Below, piece after piece: positions 23,691 through 33,845 of a stretch of DNA of 64,000 bases. Made by a program: the position numbers and the translations under genes. Numbering within the stretch: position 1 is the first letter of the stretch; every line of letters starts with the position of its first letter. Source of the DNA: Camelus dromedarius (Eukaryota); NCBI RefSeq assembly GCF_036321535.1, contig NC_087455.1:1984001-2048000 (forward strand), in the 5' to 3' direction. Below the pieces are notes generated by a model. That model was not told the origin of the DNA, ran no database searches, and saw only the letters and a list, made by a program, of their open reading frames with translations.

Positions 23691-24577
23691 CCACGTGCCT
23701 CCCTCACAGCATTTACGGGCTGAGTCAATTACAGGAACACATTTTGCCCCTGACTTCAGGAGGGACCGCGGCTGCCTCGTCCCTGCCCTCCCAGCGCCGG
23801 ATCCCTGTCACTTTTCTGAAGCTGCCGCGGCCAGCGGGCCTCCCCTCCCAGAACTCACCCCCTCTGAGCTGCACTATCCATCACCCCTAACTGGACGCAC
23901 TCCCGCCCGCCCCCCCCGGGGACCGTCTTCTCTGTCCTGTCTCCCCCCACAGCCTCCTTCCTGCTGCCTGCCTTCTTTCACTCTGATGAGATTCCAAGGC
24001 TCCGGCTCCAGGGCATCTCATCCACTCCAGCACCGTCAGCTACCGCCTGAGTCTGGGGAGAGCCAGGCCCGCGAGTCCAGTCCTGCCCTCCTCCTGCGCT
24101 CCCATCTCTTCCCTCCAACGTGGAGCGCCTCACAGGTGCTGCTCAGAATAACTAGCAGCGTTCATTGTGTTTTCTTCCCAAGTGACTCTACTCCCCGGCT
24201 CAGGGGCTGGCCCAGCTGCAGGCCGGGCGGCGGCTGGGCTGTCTCATCCCGAGCTCGGGGCCTCTTTCAATCGCATTCACACGGTTGGCAGAATCAACTT
24301 CCTTTCGCTGCAGGCCTGGGGTTCCCTGCGGCCTCTCCAACGACAGGTCAGGCAGGCCTTCCGCTTTCCTCCGGGCCTGCAGGAGAGGCTCCCTCTTGGG
24401 CCACATTGGGTTCACATAATAGTTTAATGACTGGAGTGACCCCCACATTTGCTACACAGCACAACCCAATCAGGGGCACGGTTACCCCATCATTTTAAAT
24501 CCCTCCCTGAAGGGGTAGATTGTGCAGGGTGAGCACGCAGGAGGGGGAGGGGGATTCTGCCAAGCACACTCCTCCCA

Positions 24578-24681
24578 CTCCCGCCAAGCTGTCCTGGGAA
24601 GGACCTCCCCTCCCGCCAAGCTGTCCTGGGAAGGACCTCCCCTCCCGCCAAGCTGTCCTGGGAAGGACCTCCCCTCCTGCC
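24578..24681. repeat. Minisatellite, 32-bp unit CTCCCGCCAAGCTGTCCTGGGAAGGACCTCCC, 3 perfect copies plus a partial copy
   Basis: Units at 24578-24609, 24610-24641 and 24642-24673, read directly. Confidence 0.95.
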
Positions 24682-25264
24682 GGGCTCTCCTGGGTGACAC
24701 ACAGAGGGCCTTCCCTGGGCTTTCTGCTGTTTGCACCTCAGGGTCCACATGGTGGCTCAGGCACAGGGTGGCCTGATGAGGATAAATGACCCAAAGCATT
24801 CTCTTTCCTCAGGACACACGCTGGACAGCTGCAGCCCTGGATCACGTGGCAGTCATCGGCCAACAGCCCCCGAAGGCAGGAGGTGGGACACGGACAGGGG
24901 TGTGGTCTGTCGATGCCTCCTCCCGGCCCTCGGCCACGGCGGCCCCACCAGGGAGGTTCCAAAGGTGACTGAATCCAAGAAGGATGATGTCAAAAGGAGG
25001 CTCCTCAGGGAAGAAAGTTCCACAGTCTTGTCTCCACGTCCCCTCTGGCCCAGTGGCTGTTCAGATTATCTGGGGTCACCAACAGCTTGGGGAATCGGAT
25101 GAGGTCGATGGACCTGCTGCAGAAACGGTGCAGACACACATATAGACACACACCGTTTTGCTTATGCTCCTCATGATTGTCAGGGCTCACAGTCCCCTCA
25201 CCGAGATCAGAGCCCACGGGACCACCTGAAAGACTGTTATCCCAGCCTGTGCCACTAACTACAA

Positions 25265-26030
25265 AGAATAAACAACTGAGAAGATAAAACTAGGAGCCTA
25301 CCTCATTGCAAACACAAAAATAAATTCCAGCTGGATCAGACACCTAAATGTGAAACTCAAAACTGTGAACATTTTTAAAAAGCATGAGAGAGTGTTTTTA
25401 TTGCGTTTTAGTGGGGCCAATACCATCAACACACACATCGGAAGAAGCTAAACAACCCAGCAGGAAGATGGACAAAGCACAGGGGCAGGCGACTCAGGCG
25501 AGGGAACCCGACGGCCGACAGAGGCTGGAGGACATGCTCATCCACACCGGCCATCGGGGGAAGCAACCACGGACGCCGTGACGCGTACTCTCACGTGCAC
25601 GGTCCGCAGTGGCCGCTGCGTCTGGCAGCACCAAACGTCGGCAAGAACGTGAGAAACAGGAGCCCTCGTGCACTGCCAGCGCGGGCAAGTTGCTGAGCCG
25701 CTCCGGGGAGCGGTTTAGCAATTCCTACAGAAGCTGAAATTGCTCTGCTCCTCAAGGACCCGCAGTTCCACTCCTGGGCGGCACCCTGAGAGGTCCCCAC
25801 ACGTGTTCACAAAGCTTGTTTGCGGACTGCAATCTATAACAGCAAACTGTCGACCAAAACTGGGTCTCTGACTGGGGAAATGGGGCACACTGGCGAAAAC
25901 TAAACAAGAGTTAAAATGTGTGAATCTGCAGGTATTGGTGTGGAGGGATCGCCAAGACCTACTCCTGAGTGAAAAGGCAAAGAACAGACATCAAAAGAAG
26001 TGATGCAACATTGTGAGCTGACTGGGGTCC
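25265..26030 (+). mobile_element. L1ME-like ORF2 3' end / 3'UTR relic
   Basis: aaacacaaaaataaattccagctggatcagacacctaaatgtgaaa; gacccgcagttccactcctggg; ctgagtgaaaaggc. Confidence 0.8.
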
Positions 26031-26779
26031 CCTCCCCCAGCTTTAAAAACAATAAGATTGCTGAAGGAGCTGGGCTGCACGGCACTTGGCCACTGCTGCG
26101 TCCCCCAGCTCGGTGGGAACACAGCAGCCCACGGGGTCTGCCCTGGGAAGGGACGTGACCCCAGAGAGAGGAGGAGGTCCTGCTGGGGGGCCCAACAAGC
26201 ACACACAGGTTTCTCACTGCCGGTCAGGGCCCCGTAGGAACCCTAGTACCCAGTCCCTGTGCCCAGCCCCTCCCCCCCGGGGCAGCCCAGGGAGCCCGTT
26301 TCCTAGTAGAGAGGTGCCCTGCCTGCTCTGGCTTCTCCTGGGCCGCCGTTTCACACCCCACTTCTTTCCTCGCTTGTCAAGGAGCAGGGGGAGAGAGGGG
26401 GCCAGAGGGGCAGACCAGGGCCCCTTTGCCAACCCCAGTCCTGCCACTCCAAGTCGCAGAGTCCACACCCCTTTCCTCTGCTATTTCCCCGTAGGTTTTG
26501 AAGAACTTTCTGTGATCAAATTGTGAAGAGTGTCCTGAGGGAAATAAGGAGGGCGCTGTCGGGTGGACAGGATGGGTTTCTCGGAGGACCTGATGTTTGG
26601 GCTGAGAACTAAAAAGAGAAAGATCCAGTAATTTGGGGAAATAATTCTCTTTTCAGGCAGAGAGAACGAAAATAGCAAAGGCCCCTCAATCAGGAAAGTC
26701 TGGTGAGCTCACGGATCACAAAAGAGGCCAGTGTGGAGGGTGCAGTCGGGGGGGAGGAGTTAAAGTCAAAGAGGATACA

Positions 26780-27125
26780 GACTGAGCTCCAGTTCTCATC
26801 ACTGCCTGAGCCCCAGTCCTGATCACTGACTCAGCCCTGGTCTTGATCACCTGACTGAGCCCTGGTTCTGATCACTGACTCAGCCCTGGTCCAGATCACC
26901 AGCTGAGCCCAGATCATATCCTGAGCCCTGACCGTGGTGTCACAGGGAGCCCTGACCCAGGGCTCTGTCGCACATGGACCCCTGACTCTGGTCACAGACT
27001 GGGCCTGGATCATCATAACAAACCAAACTCTGATTCCTGGTCATAGAGTGAGCCCACATCTCTGGTCACAAGTTTATTCCTGGTACCGCTTATGGGCTGA
27101 GCCCCGAGTCCTGGTCACATTCTGA
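26780..27125. repeat. Degenerate ~24-bp tandem repeat (GATCACTGACTCAGCCCTGGTCYT-like)
   Basis: Repeated gatcac(c)tgact(c/g)agccctggt units that decay into ctgagccc/ctggtcaca variants. Confidence 0.8.
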
Positions 27126-27394
27126 AGCCTCCTTATTCATGGCTACCAAATGCTGCTTGGTGAGGGGGGTGCGGGTCTGAAAGCTGCCTGTGGCTGGCCC
27201 TGCAGTGGGCGGTCCCCACCCTCCACGCTCTCGCGGTGGCAGCCTTGCCCGTCCTGCACAGCTGCCCCCAGTAGGTACATGCACCACAGAGGACGTGTCA
27301 GGGCAGGTGGCATGAGGCGGCAGCCTCTGCAAAGCCGCCATTTGGTCCATGATGTGATACTAATTGCTCTCAGTGGTGCTTGGTACTTTGTGAA

Positions 27395-27788
27395 AAATTT
27401 TTAAATGTTGATTTTATTGAAAAACAGAAATAGCACAACATATGCTCTGCCCATTTTCAGTGCTGGCTGGCGCTGTGGCCGGGCCCCCTCTGCAGCCCCC
27501 CTTGAGGACCTGCAGGAGTGCTGACAAGAGAGCCGAGTTCAGAGGGGTCTCCTCCTTCCTGACGAGGTCCTGAGGGTTGCCCACGGTGGGAAGGAGGAAG
27601 GGAAGGGCTTCCATAGGCAGCCTGGGTGGAGAGGACTTCCAGGCACGTCCACATCCTGACGGCTCAGGGCAGAAGTGATCTGGTCCCTGGGAGCCTCTGC
27701 CTCCAGCCTCACATTGTCTACCTGGAGCACAGATGCCGAGCGATCAGGTAATGGGGTGCCAGCGACCACCTCACCATGCTGTTGATGA
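27395..27788 (-). pseudogene. Possible decayed retrocopy or 3'-terminal exon of an unidentified minus-strand transcript
   Basis: On the minus strand: pyrimidine tract plus CAG acceptor (AG at 27790-27789), AATAAA at 27418-27413, then a short A run. The parent gene was not recognised. Confidence 0.3.
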
Positions 27789-28129
27789 CTGGGACAGGAC
27801 AGGGAAGAGGGCGTGGCCACACATGGCTGCGATGCGTGTCAAATAATGACACCTGTCATTAGTAACAGGGCAAATGCCTGCTATGGACGGACCAGGGCAA
27901 GACTGTCCAGGAACCGCCCAGAAAACCAGCAGGACAGGGGTGTTCGAGCTGTCCTTTCTCCTCCTGGCTTAGGCCCGTGGATCCCAGACCTACAGGGATC
28001 CTTTCCACGTCACCAGGTCTGGGGTCCATGCAATGGTCCGAGAACCGTCTCCATGCCCCTGCCCACCTCGCCTCCCCCAGGGCCCCTGCCCCCCCCCTCC
28101 CCCAGGGCCCCTGCCCACCTCCTCCTCCA

Positions 28130-28465
28130 ATCATCAGGCCTTTGAGTGCCATGTGCTCTCACTCCCCTGCCCTGGGGCTTTGCACTTGCTGTTCCTGTGC
28201 CAGGAATGCTGTTCCTTTCCTTGCCATGTTCTCAGACTCCTACACATTCCCCAAGAACTCATTAAAACACGGCCTCCTCTGAGAAGCCCAGCCTTGCCCT
28301 GTCCTCCAGACTCCCCTGGAGGGTGTTCTCCACCAGAGGTCATGGCTGGCGCTCACTCACTCCACCACTTGAGGACATGGAGACAGTAAAGTCCGCCCTC
28401 ACCTCTGCCACGCGCAGCGCCCAATGCACAGTCAGGACCAGAAAGCCTCTGGTAAATAAACGAGC
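28130..28465 (+). mobile_element. L2 3' region
   Basis: ggggctttgcacttgctgttcctgtgccaggaatgctgttcc..cacggcctcctctgagaagccc. Confidence 0.7.
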
Positions 28466-31264
28466 AGTCGGCCAGCCGAGTGAATGCACTGGCATGAGTG
28501 ATGCAAAGGGGCCACACCTCTGTCTGCGGAGGGGCTGGGCGGTGGGAGCCGCCGTCCCGCAGTGGCTGGTGCGGGCGTCTCCCAGGCCTCTCCTGGCTCA
28601 GGACTGACCTCGTGTGGAGCCCGGCTTTGTGCATCTCAGGCGCGTGGCCTGGAGGAGGCCAGGCCTGGCTGGGCGTCAGTGTTCTCGCCCGTGAGGTGGG
28701 GGCACTGCTGTCCAGCTGCCAGCAGCGCGACACTAATATCGAGCACAAGACACACGCCAACCATGACCATCAGAGCTGGCCTTCCGCCTCGCTCCTCCCA
28801 CAGGCATTGCCTTATTTCAGCCCCTGGCACACGGGTGCTCAGTGAATTCCAGAAACTAAAGAAGCCTCCTGATGGCCTTCGTTACGGGCTGTGGACACGG
28901 GGGCACCTGCGCCTCCCTTCCTGCCGTCACAGCCGGTGGCGGCGTCAGGGGAGGTGCGCCAGCCAGAAGCCCTCGGCTGGAGGCCCTGCCGTCCCGCCAC
29001 CGCTCTGGCGGGTGCCGCCTCTGACGGGCCCTGACACTGAGTCAGGGAGCCTGGGCTCCGCAGCTGTAAATCTGCCAGGCTGGTGCGCGAGGCCCGCCCT
29101 CCCCGCGCCCCCCTCCGTCAGAGCGCGCCTGCCTGGGCAGGCGCACAGGTGCAGCCACAAGGCTGCAGCCCCTGAGGCCACGCGGCAGAATGGCTCCCCA
29201 TCACCAAAGGAGTCCTTGGCATCTCAGCCTTTTCAGGGCAGTCCACCCCCACCGCTGACCCAGTGACCGCGTGTGGGCGCTTCCTCGCGCACCGTGGGCC
29301 TGCTGGGAGTCCGTCGAGCTGGAGAGGGAGGGACAGTCTGCAGCCTCAGCACACGTGGCCCAGGGAACCTCTGCTTGGAGCCGCCCTGAGTCCCAGCCCA
29401 GGGAGAGACTGAAAGGCCCCATTTAATGGGCAACACCTGCTCTTCCATCTCAGCCAGGCGAGGGCCTCAGAGGGGAAGTCAGAGAGCCTGGATGCCGCGA
29501 CCGCGACACGAGCGAGCCCTGCTCAGCCGCAGCGCTCAGCGTGCTCTGCTCGGGGGCTGTGCCGCCTGCTAAGGGTGGGGGGGTCGGAGGGAGGGGGTCT
29601 CGGGGTCTCATCTGTTCAAGAAGGGGTAGCACCCCTGCGGGACAAGGTCAGTGATACAGGGAGGACATCTGGATGTGAGTCCCCCAACTCGGATGTGCTG
29701 AGAAGAGGTCAGGGCCCCAGCCCCTGCCTGTGCTCTCGGACATGCCGAGCCCAAGCTCGACTGTGGCCCCCAGTTCCCCCTTGTCCTGCCCTGGACGCAA
29801 GATGGACCTGAGGACCAAAGCCTCGTTCCTCCTCAACTCCTGTCAGCAAACCCGAGCCAGCTCCCCTACCCCAGACCCTCCTTTTAGGGTCAGGTGTGTG
29901 GACCGTCCCTTCCCTGCCACGGCCCCTGGGATGAGAGTACAGCGCTCAGAGGACTGGCCACGACCTTCCGGGGACAGATGCCCAAGCAAGGGCAGAGCAT
30001 GTCCTCAGGTGTGAGGTTAGAGGGTGTTGCCTGCAGTATCGAGCCAGAACCCCATGCGATGTTTACGCTAATGACAGTCCCCTCGCAGGCAGCACGGGAC
30101 CAACAGTGAAGGTCAGTGTCGTGTACTCCAGACCTGCCTCTGGTCAAAGCCGTCCACCGTGGAGAGGACAGTCCTGAAGGCTGAGTGACCTAGGTCACAG
30201 TGTGATGGCTGGTGGCCTCCTGCCCTGGCAGGCAGCCAACTTCTTCCATGGGGTGAACGGTCTGGCCAGATGGGCTCTGAGTTCCTCCCCACACAGGATC
30301 TAAGAACTAGGTGGTTTCCTGCCCAGGGGCATCTGAAAGCCACTGCGGTCCCAGACAAGATGCTTCCACGGTGGTCTTTCTTGCTTAGCCTCACGACCGA
30401 GGGGCTGCAGAGAAGAAGGGCGCACAGATCCTGGGCTGGAAGGGGGGCTGCAAATGGGGTAGCAGTGATGGAGCACTGGGCATCCTGCCTTCCAGGCTTG
30501 AGGGACACTGGGCCATCCAGCCTGCCCAACTGTCCAACCCGGAAAAATGATCCCACTGAGTCTGGGGTGCTGGGGAAGAGGGGACACTGTATCTGAGGGA
30601 TGTGGTGACCACAGTGGGCTGGGTCCAAGTCAGCAGGCACTGGGCAAGGGGCCTGGCCAACAGGACTGGGGACTCAGAGCCTGCAGCAGGTGGACGTCCT
30701 CACATCCTAGGTGCCACCAGGAGACAGGAACCACCTGAGGGTTACAAGGCCAGGGTCAAGTTCACCGAAGGGAGGCTCCACCTCAGGGGAGCAGGGCCAG
30801 TGCCCAGTCACCAGCAGTGATGTTCAGACCACTTGGCAGGAAGGGGCCACCATGCGCCATCCAACATGTCCTGTGGCCAAGAATGATGCCGGATGCTTAT
30901 AACCCAAGACCAAGCGTATACTCAGTCCTTGGCCTTGGTGGGCTGACAGGACACGCCTGACGTCCTTAATCCCCTCCTGTCTCAGGCCCAGGTCAAGGGG
31001 CTCTGCCTGGAAGGAGGAGGGACAAAAGAGGCTGGGAGGCCTGACCAAGCGGATGAGCTCAGGGCTTCCAGTGACTGCTTCTCTCTCCCCCTGAGGTCCT
31101 TGGCAAAAGGGCTCCTCGCCCCCCTTCCCAGCTCTCTACAGCACAGAGCTGGGTGGTGCATGGTCCTCCCAGCAGAGCGGAACCACCCCTCCCGTCCACC
31201 TGCACCCGCTCCTGGCACACACTGACATGTTCTGAGTACCGTGAGCCCAGCACTCACTGGGGTC

Positions 31265-31870
31265 TTTCCCCACAGCTTTATTGAGATATGACTGGCAGGC
31301 AGCACCATGAGTGTCAGATGTACAGCGGAATGGTTTGACTTACACACGTTGGAATAGGTTTGGTAACATCCAGCATCTCACAGGCACAAAGGAAAAGGGG
31401 AAAGAAAAAATATTCTCTTCTTCGTGAGATGAGAACTCTCAGGATCTACTCTCTCAACAACTTTCCTTTTTACCCCTCAGAGGTGCTAACCATAGTCTCA
31501 TGTTGCCCAACCCCGGCACTTCTTTGTCTTCTAACTGGAAGTTAGGACCTTTGACAGCCTTCACTCCCCTCCGGCTCCCCTTACTTCTGGTGACCACAAA
31601 TCTGACCTCTTCTTCTGTGAGTTTGCTTTGTGTTTAATTTAGATTCCACATGTAAGTGAGATCATGCAGTACTTGCCTTTCTGTCTGACTTAGCTCACTT
31701 AGCACAACACCCTCTAGGTCCATCCAGGTTGTCACAGATGGCAAGATTGCCTCCTTTTATGGCTGAGTAATATTCCATTGTGTACATGTAGCTCAGCTTC
31801 CTTATCCGTTCATTCATCAGTGGACACTTAGGTTATTTCCACGTCTTGATGATTGTAGATAACGTTAGCG
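31265..31870 (-). mobile_element. L1 3'UTR, L1MA9/laurasiatherian-type
   Basis: cagctttattgagatat..gatgagaactctcaggatctactctctcaacaacttt..tagattccacatgtaagtgagatcatgcagta..ggctgagtaatattccattgtg. Confidence 0.9.
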
Positions 31871-31932
31871 CTGGAGTCTTCATCTCATTCTCCTGGCACT
31901 GTCCTTGCCCGACAGTTGATGCTAAATGAGCA

Positions 31933-32175
31933 CATGATTGAATGAATGAAAGAAGGAGAGTATGAATAAATGCGTAAGTTCATGAATGGACGAATGAGTG
32001 AATGAGTTTGAATGAAGGAATGACTGAGTACTGAATGAATGACTGAGCCCATGAATAGATGAATGAGTGCATGAAGAATGAGTGCAGGAACAAACGAATG
32101 AGCCATGAATGAATGAAGGAGCAAGTGAAGGAATGAGCTCATCAGTGAATGACTGACTGAGCACAGGAATGAATC
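31933..32175. repeat. Degenerate (GAAT)n simple repeat
   Basis: Repeated tgaatgaatg/gaatgag motifs over about 240 bp. Confidence 0.85.
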
Positions 32176-32569
32176 CACGAAGAGCACAGGGGTCCAGGGG
32201 CTGAGCACCCCCCAGCTCTGACACTCCACATTCAAGTCCAAGCCTGGAGAATCATTTCACCCACACTTGGGGTACGCTGGCTGAGGTGTCTTCCTGCCGG
32301 CCCCCCCACTGCCACACCCATGCCCTGTACTCGGATGACACAGAGGGCTGTCGCCGCGAGGCCCTGCCCAGGGGGCCAGCTGGGTGGGGAGGGCTGCTGT
32401 GGGGTGAGGCTGTCTGCCCCTCAGCCGGCGCCTGCCCGAGGGGCCGCTGTGTCAGTCTGAGGGCCGTGGCGGGGGGGGGGGGGGTCTCAGGGGAGGCGTC
32501 CTGGGGGCTCAGGGGCCCTTCTGAGGGGGTGCGTGGTGCACGTGTGCGGAGAGGCGGGCAAAGTCGGGC

Positions 32570-32890
32570 TTTCTCACCCGCCCTTTTTTCCGGGGTTGGG
32601 ACTACTTACGGCCCTTGCACCTCGCTTTATTAACGCCTCTCTCTCCTCCTCCAGATTCCAATCACCTTCCAGAAAGCAGCTGCTGTTAGCTTCTCCCCCC
32701 GAGGCCCCCAATCCCCGGCGCTCAGCAAAATTCCCCTCTGATTGAAGCAGCTGCGCGGGAGCTGAGCGCCGGCCTTCGAGCTCATCAAAGCCCCTCAAAG
32801 GGAAGATTAGCGGCCGCGTCCCATCAGCCACGGCATTGTCAGCGTTCACGGCGAGCCGCGCTCGGCCACTCAGAGCCCCGCCGAGGACAC
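32570..32890. promoter_or_regulatory. CpG-rich candidate enhancer/promoter
   Basis: Non-repeat and CpG-dense; CCAATCA at 32658, CCAAT at 32708, TCF/LEF ATCAAAG at 32784. Confidence 0.35.
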
Positions 32891-33744
32891 AGAATTAGAG
32901 AATATGGGACTCTCAGAAGCACAGGCTTTCAGAAGCATAGAATCATCAAATCTTCCCCCAAATCAGCTTAGGATGTTAGAATTTTGAGAATGCATCCTTT
33001 CCGAAGCTTAGACTCTTAGAAGTCACCTCAAATTTAATTCTGATTAAGTTTGGGGTAAAATAAGTAAATCTAATCTCTGACACCGTCTCAGGAGCCTGGC
33101 ATCTGAGCTTGTTAAAAGCCCAGATTCGCAACATCTGTGAAGCCGCAGGAATCATGTGATCTGGGGGTCAGAGGAAGAGAAGCTCCCACAGCCTCCCCCC
33201 TGCTCAAGCAGCATGGCCCTCAGTGAGCTGGGGGTCTCCGCGCATCTGGGCGCAGGCCCGGGAGGGGCCCCGCCCTCCCTGCCTCTCACTGTGGGAGCAG
33301 GGTTCATGGTGGGCAGGCTTGAGGCCCCAAATCTGCCCCCTCATTGGCCCCAGTTCCTGATGGTCCCAGTGTGGGGAGGGCCTTCTCCATCACTGTGACT
33401 GATGACCCCATACTCCACCAGGGTTCCTCGAGTGCTCACCTCCCCCCAGCCTCCTGGGCTCCCAGCCAAGGACTCAGGAGACCCCCACCTGCAGCACTGG
33501 AACGAGTTTCTGCCTGGAACCTTTTGTTCCAAGGACCCAGGACCACAGACGAATGGGGCAGAGGTTGGCAAATGCCCAGTGGGGAGTCTGGCTGCCCCAG
33601 AGTGGCACACGCCCTAGCCTACCACCTTCGGGCTCCGTGGATAACAAGGCCGTGCGCTGTGTGGTGTCGCGGCCCGGCTCTCCACACAAACATCACAACC
33701 CCACATGGACCTCAGGTTCGGGGAGGGGTAGCCCCCTGGAGTCC

Positions 33745-33845
33745 CAGCAGGGGGCCTCTCACAAGCTGAGTGAGTCTCAGTTTCCTCATCCACAAAATGG
33801 GCCATCGGACCACTTCTTGGGGTCATCGTGAGGCAGGGATAGCAT
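33745..33845 (+). mobile_element. MIR fragment
   Basis: gagtctcagtttcctcatccacaaaatggg. Confidence 0.65.

Noticed and set aside
23554-24498. Longest ORF (314 aa) as a protein-coding gene
   Set aside because: It starts inside a MIR, has Pro/Ser/Ala/Gly-rich composition typical of GC-rich noncoding DNA, shows no recognisable domain, and overlaps ORFs in other frames.
24578-24681. 32-bp repeat as a CRISPR array
   Set aside because: The units abut with no unique spacers, there are no cas genes, and the context is mammalian; it is a minisatellite.
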